From Thermoanaerobaculia bacterium (GTDB lineage: Bacteria; Acidobacteriota; Thermoanaerobaculia; Gp7-AA8): a stretch of DNA of 64,000 nucleotides. Below, one piece after another: positions 21,237 to 29,920 of the stretch; position 1 is the first letter of the stretch; each line of letters opens with the position of its first letter. A program made the position numbers and the translations under genes. The notes below the pieces were generated by a model. That model was not told the origin of the DNA, made no database searches, and saw only the letters and a list, made by a program, of their open reading frames with translations. The stretch lies in the NCBI GenBank assembly GCA_036375135.1, contig DASUSL010000091.1, forward strand, positions 10,947 through 74,946, given 5' to 3'.

Positions 21237-21733
21237 GTGAACAGGGCTTCGACGAAATGATGCGTGAGAGCACCGAGGTGTCGGGGCCGGTCTCGCGCGA
21301 CCGCGCGGACCGCTTCTACGACCGCATGCGCGAGAGTATTCGCAACTATCTGGCCGCGAAAGGCTCCGCCGCGGGCTCCGCGGGCGAGTATCTGCTGCTC
21401 GCTCCCGACATCTTCGTGCTGCTGTGGCGTCTGATCAACGACGACCGCGTCAACGCCAAGAACAAGGTCATGCTCGGCAGCGGCCTGGCGTACTACATCT
21501 TCCCGCTCGACATCATGCCCGAGGGCTTCCTGGGGCCGATCGGCTACATCGACGATCTCGTCTTTGCGGTGTATCTGCTGAACAAGCTGCTCACCGACAC
21601 CGACGTGGAGATCCTGCGCGAGCACTGGAGCGGCCGGGACGACATCCTCGACTCGATCCGCAACGTGCTGAACGCCGCGGACAACCTCGTCGGCAGCGAC
21701 ATCATCGGAAAGATCAAAAAGAACGTGAAGTAA
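21233..21733 (+). CDS. DUF1232 (YkvA-like) membrane protein
   Basis: DIMPEGFLGPIGYIDDLVFAVYLL matches the DUF1232 signature (IPDFIPViGYlDD). Confidence 0.65.
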   Translation: MSEQGFDEMMRESTEVSGPVSRDRADRFYDRMRESIRNYLAAKGSAAGSAGEYLLLAPDIFVLLWRLINDDRVNAKNKVMLGSGLAYYIFPLDIMPEGFLGPIGYIDDLVFAVYLLNKLLTDTDVEILREHWSGRDDILDSIRNVLNAADNLVGSDIIGKIKKNVK

Positions 21734-21742
21734 AAAAGATAG

Positions 21743-21775
21743 TGGAAGGACAGGCAATCCTGCCTGTCCTCCACT
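21743..21775. repeat. palindromic element GTGGAAGGACAGGCAATCCTGCCTGTCCTCCAC (F1 family), intergenic copy
   Basis: A 14-bp stem around an ATCC loop. Five more copies fall inside coding regions (23765, 33010, 40312, 54036, 54078). Confidence 0.85.
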
Positions 21776-21785
21776 GGAAATGGCA

Positions 21786-21813
21786 GGCGCGGCCACACGG
21801 CCGCGCCTTTTTT
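21786..21813 (+). terminator. Rho-independent terminator after the DUF1232 gene
   Basis: GGCGCGGCC acac GGCCGCGCC followed by TTTTTT. Confidence 0.8.
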
Positions 21814-21824
21814 ACCTACGAGCG

Positions 21825-21859
21825 GTGGATATTTGTGGACTCCAGTGGACGTCAGTGGT
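21825..21859 (+). promoter_or_regulatory. putative MraZ operator: four GTGGA/GTGGT direct repeats at exact 10-bp spacing upstream of mraZ
   Basis: GTGGA at 21825, 21835, 21845 and GTGGT at 21855. E. coli MraZ binds GTGGG-type direct repeats at this periodicity in the mraZ promoter. Confidence 0.55.
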
Positions 21860-21879
21860 ACAAAAGCCTCTGAATCGAC

Positions 21880-22332
21880 ATGGAACTCAGCGTTTTTATG
21901 GGGCACAGCCCCGCGAAGATCGACGAGAAGGGGCGGCTCAAAGTGCCCGCGAACTTCCGGAAGATCATCGAGGAGCGCTACGGCAGCGAGTGCTTCATCA
22001 CCTCGAAAGACGGTGAGAGCGCGCTCGTTTACCCGCTCCCGGTCTGGCTCGAGTTCCAGGCCAAGCTGGCCAAGGTTCCGTCGACGTCGATGGCCAAGAT
22101 CAAGCTGCTCGAGCGGGTGAACTACTTCGGGCAGGTCGGGACGATGGACGCGCAGGGGCGCGTGCTGGTGCCGGCCGTCCTCCGGGGAGTGGCCGGCATC
22201 GCCGAAGACGTGGTCGTCCTCGGCAGCCAGGACCATCTCATCGTCTGGAACGAGCAGAAGATGAAGAAGCGGCTCGAGGACACGCCGCTCACGGCTGAAG
22301 ACTACAAAGAGCTCGAACTTCACGGCGTGTGA
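21880..22332 (+). CDS. mraZ: transcriptional regulator MraZ
   Basis: Two SpoVT/AbrB-like halves (DEKGRLKVP, DAQGRVLVP). The start may be the ATG at 21898. Confidence 0.9.
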   Translation: MELSVFMGHSPAKIDEKGRLKVPANFRKIIEERYGSECFITSKDGESALVYPLPVWLEFQAKLAKVPSTSMAKIKLLERVNYFGQVGTMDAQGRVLVPAVLRGVAGIAEDVVVLGSQDHLIVWNEQKMKKRLEDTPLTAEDYKELELHGV

Positions 22333-22333
22333 A

Positions 22334-23254
22334 GTGAGACACGAACCTGTTCTTTTGGAACCTGTGCTCGAGTATCTCGAGCCCAACCGCCGCGACGGCG
22401 TCTTCGTCGACGCGACGGTGGGGCTGGGAGGGCATTCGGAGGCGCTGCTGGAGCGGCATCCGGATGTCCGCCTGGTCGCGATCGATCGCGACCCGGAGGC
22501 ACTCGAACGGTCGCAGGAGCGGCTGAGCCGCTTCGGCGAGCGCGTGACGTTCGTCCGTGGACGTCACGAATCGCTCATTGACATCCTGAAGCAGTCCGGC
22601 GTGGCGAGCGTGAGTGGCTTGCTCGCCGATCTCGGCGTCTCGTCGATGCAGCTCGACGACGCGGCGCGCGGCTTCTCGTTCCGCTTCGACGGACCTCTGG
22701 ACATGCGGATGGGCTCCGAGGGGACGAGCGCGGCGGACCTGGTGAACGGGCTCGACGAGTACGAGCTGTTCCGCATCATCCGCGACTACGGCGAGGAGCC
22801 GATGGCGCGGAGGATCGCGAGAGCGATCGTCGAGGCGCGGGCGGAAGGGCGCATCGAGACGACGACGCGTCTGTCGGAAATCATCCGCTCGGTGAAGAAG
22901 CCGAGATTCAAGGAGATCGATCCGGCGACGCTGACGTTCCAGGCGTTGCGCATCGCCACGAACGAGGAGCTGGTCGGACTCGACCGCTTCGTCGACGACG
23001 CGGTGAGCGTCCTCGAGAGCGGGGCGCGCGCGGCCATCATCTCCTTCCACTCGCTCGAGGATCGCATCGTCAAGCGGGCGTTCCGGAGGCTGGAAGGGGA
23101 GTGCACCTGTCCGCCGAACATGCCGGTGTGCGGGTGCGGCGCGAAGGCGTTGGTCAACGTGTTGACCGGAAGGCCGGTCACTGCTTCAGAAGAGGAAATG
23201 GTGAGAAATCCGCGATCGCGCAGCGCCAAGCTGCGGGTGGCGGAGAGGGTGTGA
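22334..23254 (+). CDS. rsmH: 16S rRNA (cytosine1402-N4)-methyltransferase
   Basis: HEPVLLEPVLEYL, FVDATVGLGGHS and SAM-methyltransferase motifs; GTG start. Confidence 0.9.
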   Translation: MRHEPVLLEPVLEYLEPNRRDGVFVDATVGLGGHSEALLERHPDVRLVAIDRDPEALERSQERLSRFGERVTFVRGRHESLIDILKQSGVASVSGLLADLGVSSMQLDDAARGFSFRFDGPLDMRMGSEGTSAADLVNGLDEYELFRIIRDYGEEPMARRIARAIVEARAEGRIETTTRLSEIIRSVKKPRFKEIDPATLTFQALRIATNEELVGLDRFVDDAVSVLESGARAAIISFHSLEDRIVKRAFRRLEGECTCPPNMPVCGCGAKALVNVLTGRPVTASEEEMVRNPRSRSAKLRVAERV

Positions 23255-23416
23255 ATCGAGTTTGCGCGGCGCGGAGTCGTCGAGCAAGGGTGAAGGTTGG
23301 GGAAGGGTTGGGTGTGTGTGTGGCGTGGGGAGCTCGGGAGGGGTGGAGCGTGGAGCGTGGGTGTGTGTGGATGGCTTCTCGCGTTGCACTGGTAGGCAGA
23401 TCTTCACCCTTGTTCG

Positions 23417-23842
23417 TTGATTCCGCGGTTTCCGGTCATGTACACGCAGAAAAAGTCCATCGACAACACGCACGTCGTTCGCGAGCGGGATCGCCAGCGA
23501 AACCGTGAGCTGGTCGCCGTCCTCTCCTTCGGCGTCCCGATCGGCCTCTTTCTGCTCCTGTTCACCTGGCAGAACCTCGAGGTCATCCGCCTCGGCCGCG
23601 AAGCCACGAAGCTGCAGAAGGACCTCAAGAACGTCACCGCCGAGCACAAGGCCCTTCAGGCCGAGCTCGATCGCCTGACCTCCTTCGACGCCGTCGAGAA
23701 CAAAGCGAAAGACCTCGGCTTCCAGACCACGGAAGCAAAAAACATCATCATCATCGAACCGCCAGTGGACGACAGGCGATCCCGCCTGTCGGGACAGGCA
23801 GGATTGCCTGTCCTCCACAGTCCTGCGAACGGAGCGCGGTGA
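23417..23842 (+). CDS. ftsL: cell division protein FtsL
   Basis: Small bitopic protein: TM helix VAVLSFGVPIGLFLLLF, then a coiled coil; located between rsmH and ftsI. The C-terminus carries an in-frame F1 palindromic insertion (VDDRRSRLSGQAGLPVLHS). The start may be the ATG at 23438. Confidence 0.7.
   Translation: MIPRFPVMYTQKKSIDNTHVVRERDRQRNRELVAVLSFGVPIGLFLLLFTWQNLEVIRLGREATKLQKDLKNVTAEHKALQAELDRLTSFDAVENKAKDLGFQTTEAKNIIIIEPPVDDRRSRLSGQAGLPVLHSPANGAR
23765..23818. repeat. tandem double copy of the F1 palindromic element inside the ftsL 3' end
   Basis: GTGGACGACAGGCGATCCCGCCTGTC GGGACAGGCAGGATTGCCTGTCCTCCAC. Confidence 0.85.
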
Positions 23843-25779
23843 TGCAGATCTCGCATCGCCGTCTGATCCAGGTCTTCGCGTTCCTGGCCGCGTGGGGCGT
23901 CGTGGTGGTCGCGCGTCTCGTGCAGGTGCAGCTCGTGCGGCACGACCATTACGTCGCGCGCGCGCAGCGGCAGCAGGAGCGCACGCTCGACCTCAATCCC
24001 GTGCGCGGCTCGATCATGGACACGCGCGGCCGCATGCTGGCCGAGTCGATCGCCGCCGAGTCGATCTACGCCGATCCGCAGAGCATCAGCGACCGTCGCG
24101 GCGTGGCGCGCAAGCTCGCGGCCGTGCCCGGGATCGGCATGACCGCGCGCGAGATCGAGTCGAAGCTGCGCGGCAGCGGCAGCTTCGCCTGGATCGCGCG
24201 ACAGCTCCCGCTCGAAACGACGGCGGAAGTGCGCAAGCTCGGCCTCCCCGGCATCTACTTCATCGAGGCGCATCGCCGCACCTACCCGCGCTCCATGCTG
24301 GGCGCGAACGTGATCGGCTACGTCGGTGTCGACGGCGACGGTCTGGCCGGCATCGAGCACTCGTTCGCCAGCTACCTCCAGGGAACGCCCGGCAAAGTCA
24401 CGCTGCTCAAGGACGCGCGCAAAGGCGTCTACCTCGTCGGCGGCGACGGCGCCAATCGTCCGAAAGACGGGCAGCACGTCGTCCTGACCATCGACTCCGT
24501 CGTCAAGTTCATCGCCGAGCGCGCGCTGAAGACCGCGGTCGAGAAGCATCGCGCCTCCGGCGGCTCCGTGGTGGTCATGGAGCCGGAGACAGGCGACATC
24601 CTGGCCATGGCCTCGTGGCCGACCTACGACCCGAACCGCTTCCGCGACTTCACGCCGGCGGCGTGGAAGAACCGCAACGTGCAGGACTTCTACGAGCCCG
24701 GCTCGACCTTCAAGATCATCACCGCCGCGGCGGGCCTCGAGGAGCGGCTGGTCACGCCGTCGCAGATTCTCGACTGCGCCAACGGCGCGATCACCATCGG
24801 CAACATCACCATCCGCGAGCACGACAACCATCGCTACGGCCTGCTGTCGTTCGAGGACGTGATCGTGAACTCGTCCAACGTCGGCACCGTGCGCGTCGGC
24901 CTGGCCCTCGGCCAGCAGCGCATGTACGACTGGGTGCGCAAATTCGGCTTCGGCGACCGCACCGGCCTGCCGCTGCCGGGCGAGTCGCCGGGACTGGTGC
25001 GCCGCGTCAGCCGCTGGACGCAGGTCTCGCCGGCCAGCATCTCCATCGGCCAGGAGATCGGCGTCACGCCGCTGCAGGTCGTGCGCGCGGTCAGCGCCGT
25101 GGCCACGGGCGGAGTGCTCGTCGAGCCGCGCATCGTCAAGCGCGTCGTCGACGACGAAGGCAACACGATCTACGAGCCGCGCCGCGGCAAGCCGCAGCGG
25201 GTCATGTCGGAAAAGACCGCGGCCGTCCTGAACGAGATCCTGAAGAACGTCGTCGCCCGCGGCACGGGCGAGAAGGCCGCGCTCGCGGAGCATGTCGTGG
25301 CGGGGAAAACCGGCACGGCGCAGAAGGCCATCGGACGCCTCGGCTATGTCGACGGTCGCTACGTCGGCTCGTTCGCGGGATACGTTCCGGCCGACCGGCC
25401 GCGGCTGGCGATCCTCGTCGTCATCGACGAGCCGCGCGGCGAGCACTACGGCGGCGCGGTGGCCGCGCCGGCGTTCCGCGAGATCGCCGAGGGAGCGCTG
25501 AGGTACATGGGTGTGCAGCCGTCGCTGCCGTCGCGCTCGATCCAGGTCGACCGCCCGTTGCTGGCCGCGTTTTCGCAACCTCGCACGCCGAGCGGTCCGA
25601 TGTCGGGAGTACCTGATCTGCGGGGTCTGGATGCGCGCGCGGCGATCGCCCGCGCGGTCTCGAGCGGACTGACCGTACGGACCGTCGGAAGTGGAGTGGT
25701 GATCTCACAGGAACCGGAACCAGGCGGAGCTTTGCCCGCCCATCGCAGCGTCGTCCTGCGGCTGGAGGCGCGCGGATGA
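23839..25779 (+). CDS. ftsI: peptidoglycan D,D-transpeptidase FtsI (PBP3)
   Basis: N-terminal TM helix, dimerisation domain and transpeptidase motifs STFK, SSN and KTGT; dcw-cluster position. Confidence 0.9.
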   Translation: MMQISHRRLIQVFAFLAAWGVVVVARLVQVQLVRHDHYVARAQRQQERTLDLNPVRGSIMDTRGRMLAESIAAESIYADPQSISDRRGVARKLAAVPGIGMTAREIESKLRGSGSFAWIARQLPLETTAEVRKLGLPGIYFIEAHRRTYPRSMLGANVIGYVGVDGDGLAGIEHSFASYLQGTPGKVTLLKDARKGVYLVGGDGANRPKDGQHVVLTIDSVVKFIAERALKTAVEKHRASGGSVVVMEPETGDILAMASWPTYDPNRFRDFTPAAWKNRNVQDFYEPGSTFKIITAAAGLEERLVTPSQILDCANGAITIGNITIREHDNHRYGLLSFEDVIVNSSNVGTVRVGLALGQQRMYDWVRKFGFGDRTGLPLPGESPGLVRRVSRWTQVSPASISIGQEIGVTPLQVVRAVSAVATGGVLVEPRIVKRVVDDEGNTIYEPRRGKPQRVMSEKTAAVLNEILKNVVARGTGEKAALAEHVVAGKTGTAQKAIGRLGYVDGRYVGSFAGYVPADRPRLAILVVIDEPRGEHYGGAVAAPAFREIAEGALRYMGVQPSLPSRSIQVDRPLLAAFSQPRTPSGPMSGVPDLRGLDARAAIARAVSSGLTVRTVGSGVVISQEPEPGGALPAHRSVVLRLEARG

Positions 25780-27233
25780 CGCTCACCGAACTGCTCAGAG
25801 ACGTCCCCGTGCGCGAAGTGCGTGGCGACCGCAACGTCGACGTGACGTCGGTGACGCCCGACTCGCGCCTCGTCACCGAGGGTGCGCTGTTCGTGGCCAT
25901 TCCGGGCACGGCCAAAGATGGCGCGGCCTTCATCCCGATGGCGCGTGAGAAAGGCGCGGCGGTGATCGTCGGACAGAGCGGCGACGTCGACGTGCTCGTC
26001 GACGACGCGCGCGCCGCCCTCGCACTCATCGCCGCCAACTTCTACGGCCGTCCGGCCGACAAGCTCTCGCTCGTCGGCGTGACCGGCACCTCCGGCAAGA
26101 CCACCACCACGCGCATGATCGAGTCGGTCTTCGACGCGGGCAGCGAGCCGGTCGGCCTCATCGGCACGATCGAGTACCGCGCCGGCGACGAGCGCCTCAA
26201 CGCCGACCGCACCACGCCCGACGCCGTCGTGCTGCAGGAGTGGTTCGCCAAGATGGTCGACGCCGGCGTGCGGCACGCGGTGATGGAAGTGTCGTCGCAC
26301 GCCCTCGCGCTCAAGCGCACGCACGGCGTGCACTTCGCGGCGGCGGTCTTCACCAACCTCTCCCGCGAGCACTTCGACTTTCACAAGGACTTCGAGGACT
26401 ACTTCGCCGCGAAGCGCATCCTCTTCGACCAGATCGACCGCACGCGGCAGACCGCGGTGGTGAACGTCGACGACCAGTACGGCCGGCGCCTGGCGAACGA
26501 GCTCGGCGCGAGCGCGATGACGTTCGGCCGCGAAGGCGACATCCGTCCGTCGGTCGACATTTCGGTGGACGGCATCCGCGGCACGATCCACACGCCGCAC
26601 GGCGACGTGCGCATGGAGTCGCCGCTCCTCGGGCAGCCGAATCTGTACAACTGGCTCGGCGCCATCGGCGCGGCGCTGGTCGTCGGCGTCCCGATCGCAC
26701 AGATCGAGGCGGGCATCCGCAACCTCGAGTCGGTGCGCGGCCGCTTCGAGCGCGTGAATGTGGGACGGGCTTCAGCCCGCCCGGAGCCGACGGTCATCGT
26801 CGACTACGCGCACAAGCCCGACGCCATCGAGAAGCTCCTGCACGCCGTGCGCGACATCGCCGGTGAGCGGAAGGTCTCCATCGTCTTCGGCTGCGGCGGC
26901 GATCGCGACCGCGGCAAGCGTCCGGAGATGGGGGCCATCGCCTCGCGGCTCGCGGACCGCGTGATCGTCACCAGCGACAACCCGCGCACCGAGGATCCGA
27001 AAGCGATCATCGAGGAGATCCTGAAAGGGATCGACGGCAGCAACACCATCGCCATCGCCGACCGGCGCGAGGCCATCGAGCGGACCATCGCCGAGGCGGG
27101 GGACGACGAGGTCATCGTCATCGCCGGCAAGGGTCACGAGACCTACCAGTACGTCGGAGACCGGGTCATCCACTTCGACGACAAAGAAGAAGCAGAATAC
27201 GCACTCAAAAAGCGTTACGAAAAACGATCTTGA
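25776..27233 (+). CDS. murE: UDP-N-acetylmuramoyl-L-alanyl-D-glutamate--2,6-diaminopimelate ligase
   Basis: Mur ligase domains with GTSGKTTT; the DNPR motif suggests meso-DAP specificity. Contains an in-frame F2 element (GRASARPEP) at 26763-26786. Confidence 0.9.
   Translation: MTLTELLRDVPVREVRGDRNVDVTSVTPDSRLVTEGALFVAIPGTAKDGAAFIPMAREKGAAVIVGQSGDVDVLVDDARAALALIAANFYGRPADKLSLVGVTGTSGKTTTTRMIESVFDAGSEPVGLIGTIEYRAGDERLNADRTTPDAVVLQEWFAKMVDAGVRHAVMEVSSHALALKRTHGVHFAAAVFTNLSREHFDFHKDFEDYFAAKRILFDQIDRTRQTAVVNVDDQYGRRLANELGASAMTFGREGDIRPSVDISVDGIRGTIHTPHGDVRMESPLLGQPNLYNWLGAIGAALVVGVPIAQIEAGIRNLESVRGRFERVNVGRASARPEPTVIVDYAHKPDAIEKLLHAVRDIAGERKVSIVFGCGGDRDRGKRPEMGAIASRLADRVIVTSDNPRTEDPKAIIEEILKGIDGSNTIAIADRREAIERTIAEAGDDEVIVIAGKGHETYQYVGDRVIHFDDKEEAEYALKKRYEKRS
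26763..26786. repeat. single F2 palindrome GACGGGCTTCAGCCCGCCCGG inside murE
   Basis: Same GGGCTTCAGCCC core as in the SDR and sulfotransferase copies. Confidence 0.7.
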
Positions 27234-27384
27234 TTATTGCCATGACATTCGCATACTCTATCGATGTTCCGGCCCCGTCCGCCGGTTTCGCGGGTGGACG
27301 GTCGGTGTTCGCCAGGCAGTTCTCGGGGAAGGGGACGAACCATGGCGGAGAAACCCGGCGGGGCCGGACGTTGAGGGAGGTCAC

Positions 27385-28749
27385 GTGCCCACGCTGACCT
27401 TCTCCAGACTGGCCGAGATGATCGGCGGCCGCGTCATCCAGGGCGGCGACGCCGAGTGCTCCACCGTCGTCATCGACTCGCGCGAGGTGAAGCCCGACTC
27501 CGTCTTCTTCGCCATCAAGGGCGAGCGGCTCGACGGCCACGCGTTCCTCCCGCAGGCGCTGCAGACCGCGCGCGGTGCGGTGGTCTCGCAGGTGCCCGGG
27601 GACACGGACAAGGCGATCGTGCAGGTCGACGACACGACCGTCGCGCTGCAGCGGCTGGCGAAGTCGATCCGCCAGACCTACGAGCCGCTCGTCATCGGCA
27701 TCACCGGCTCGGCCGGCAAGACGACGACGAAAGAGATGATCGCCACGCTCGTGGCGACCGAGCGCCGCACGCACAAGTCGTGGGGCAACTTCAACAACCA
27801 GATCGGCGCGCCGCTCTGCATGGACAACATGCCCGACGGCGCCGAAGTGGTGGTCAGCGAGATGGGGATGAACCACGCCGGCGAGATCGCCGAGATCGCG
27901 GGGCTGATGCAGCCGCAGGTCGGCGTCTACACGAACATCGCCCCGGTGCACATCGAGTTCTTCGGCACGATCGAGGGGATCGCCGCCGCCAAGCGCGAGC
28001 TGCTGGAGAACGTGGTGCCGGGCGGCACGGTCATCGTCAACAACGACAACGAGCACGTCGTGCGCATCTCGCGCGACTTCGAAGGGCGCCGCGTGACGTA
28101 CGGCGTCGAGAACGACGCCGAGTACCGCGCCACCGGCATCCGCGAGCGCGGCCTCCTCGGCACGCGCTTCACGCTGCACGCCGAAGGGACCACGCGCGAG
28201 CTGGAGCTCGCGCTCCCCGGACGCCACAACCTCGACAACCTCCTCGCCGCCATCGCCACCGCGCGCGCCATCGGCATCTCGTGGGACGGGATCGAGCGCG
28301 GCGTGAAAGAGGTGAAGCCGGCCTATCACCGCGGCATCGTCATCCCGTGGCGCGGCGCCACGATCTACGACGACACGTACAACTCGAATCCGTACGCGCT
28401 GGCGCGCACGCTGGAGCTGATGGCCCAGGCCGACGTGCCGGGCCGGCGCATCGCCGTCATCGGCGACATGCTGGAGCTGGGCGAGCAGGAGCTGCAGTTC
28501 CATCGCGACGCCGGCCGCGGCATCCCGAAGTCGATCGACGTGGTGGTCGGCGTCGGCAACCGCTCGCAGGCGCTGCTCGAAGGGGCGCGCGAGGCGGGAT
28601 TCGAAGAAGGCAATCTGCGGCACTTCACCGATGCCGAGGCGGCGGGTGCGTTTCTCAGGGCGTTCGTGCAGCCGGGCGATCTCGTGCTGCTCAAGGGAAG
28701 TCGCGGAGTGGGGCTCGATAAAGCGGTTGCGATGCTGGAGGGTGCCTGA
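27385..28749 (+). CDS. murF: UDP-N-acetylmuramoyl-tripeptide--D-alanyl-D-alanine ligase
   Basis: GTG start; ITGSAGKTTTKEM P-loop; Mur ligase C-terminal domain; dcw position. Confidence 0.9.
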   Translation: MPTLTFSRLAEMIGGRVIQGGDAECSTVVIDSREVKPDSVFFAIKGERLDGHAFLPQALQTARGAVVSQVPGDTDKAIVQVDDTTVALQRLAKSIRQTYEPLVIGITGSAGKTTTKEMIATLVATERRTHKSWGNFNNQIGAPLCMDNMPDGAEVVVSEMGMNHAGEIAEIAGLMQPQVGVYTNIAPVHIEFFGTIEGIAAAKRELLENVVPGGTVIVNNDNEHVVRISRDFEGRRVTYGVENDAEYRATGIRERGLLGTRFTLHAEGTTRELELALPGRHNLDNLLAAIATARAIGISWDGIERGVKEVKPAYHRGIVIPWRGATIYDDTYNSNPYALARTLELMAQADVPGRRIAVIGDMLELGEQELQFHRDAGRGIPKSIDVVVGVGNRSQALLEGAREAGFEEGNLRHFTDAEAAGAFLRAFVQPGDLVLLKGSRGVGLDKAVAMLEGA

Positions 28750-29837
28750 TGCTGTTTCACCTCCTCTACCGGTTGCGGGACGTCTTCGTCGGCTTCAACG
28801 TCTTTCGCTACATCACCTTCCGCACGGCCTTCGCCGCGCTGACGGCGCTGCTCATCTCGCTCATCCTCGGTCCGTGGCTGATCGAGCGCATGCGCCGCAT
28901 CAAGCTCGGGCAGTACATCCGCGAGGAGGGGCCGAAGTCGCATCAGTCGAAGGCGGGCACGCCGACGATGGGGGGCATCCTCATCTGCGTGGCCATCATC
29001 ATCCCGACCATCCTCTGGGCCGACATCCTCAACCCGTACATCTGGATCGTCCTCTTCGTCACCGCGGCCTACGGCGCGATCGGCTTCATCGACGACTATC
29101 GCAAGCTCGCCAAGAAGCGGAACCTCGGCCTGACCAGCAAAGAGAAATTCGCCGCGCAGTTCATCGTGGCGCTGCTGGTGGCGCTGGCCATCGCCTACCT
29201 GCCGATGCTGAAGAACAACTACTCCACGGCCATCACCTTTCCGTTCCTCAAGGACGTGGTGCTGAACCTGGGGCTGCTCTACATCCCGTTCGTGATGATC
29301 GTGCTGGTCGGCGCGTCGAACGCGGTCAACCTCACGGACGGCCTCGACGGACTGGCCATCGGCTCGTCGCTGATCGCGGCGGTCACCTTCACCGTGCTCA
29401 CGTACGCGTCGGGACACGCGCGCATCGCCGAATACCTGCGCATCGCCTGGGTGCCGCAGACCGGCGAGCTGGCCGTCTTCTGCGGGGCGATGGTCGGCGC
29501 GTCGCTGGGGTTCCTCTGGTTCAACGCGCATCCGGCCGAGATTTTCATGGGCGACGTCGGCTCGCTCGCTCTGGGCGGCGCGATCGGCTGCCTGGCCGTG
29601 ATGATCAAGCAGGAGCTGCTGCTCGTGCTCGTGGGCGGGCTGTTCGTCCTCGAGGCGCTCTCGGTGATCCTGCAGGTGGCCTCGTTCAAGATCACCGGAC
29701 GGCGCATCTTCAAGATGTCGCCGCTGCATCACCACTTCGAGCTGTCGGGGTGGAGGGAGACCAAGGTCGTCGTGCGCTTCTGGATCATCGCCATCATCTT
29801 CGCGATGCTCGCGCTGGCGACGCTGAAACTGCGATGA
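28749..29837 (+). CDS. mraY: phospho-N-acetylmuramoyl-pentapeptide transferase
   Basis: Ten-TM MraY with DDxxD and NAVNLTDGLDGLA motifs; TGATG overlap with murF. Confidence 0.95.
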   Translation: MLFHLLYRLRDVFVGFNVFRYITFRTAFAALTALLISLILGPWLIERMRRIKLGQYIREEGPKSHQSKAGTPTMGGILICVAIIIPTILWADILNPYIWIVLFVTAAYGAIGFIDDYRKLAKKRNLGLTSKEKFAAQFIVALLVALAIAYLPMLKNNYSTAITFPFLKDVVLNLGLLYIPFVMIVLVGASNAVNLTDGLDGLAIGSSLIAAVTFTVLTYASGHARIAEYLRIAWVPQTGELAVFCGAMVGASLGFLWFNAHPAEIFMGDVGSLALGGAIGCLAVMIKQELLLVLVGGLFVLEALSVILQVASFKITGRRIFKMSPLHHHFELSGWRETKVVVRFWIIAIIFAMLALATLKLR

Positions 29838-29920
29838 GAGTCTCAGAGTCTCAAAGGCGCAAAGTCTCAAAGGAGGAGGCGACCTCTTTGCGACTTTGCG
29901 ACTCTGCGACTTTGAGACTT
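29838..29920. repeat. inverted repeat built from tandem roughly 10-mers (AGTCTCAAAG / CTTTGCGACT) with the RBS AGGAGGAGG in its loop, between mraY and murD
   Basis: GAGTCTCAGAGTCTCAAAGGCGCAAAGTCTCAAAGG aggaggcga CCTCTTTGCGACTTTGCGACTCTGCGACTTTGAGACT. Confidence 0.8.

Noticed and set aside
27234-27384. Small ORF MAEKPGGAGR in the murE-murF spacer
   Set aside because: Only 10 codons with no RBS; more likely non-coding leader sequence.
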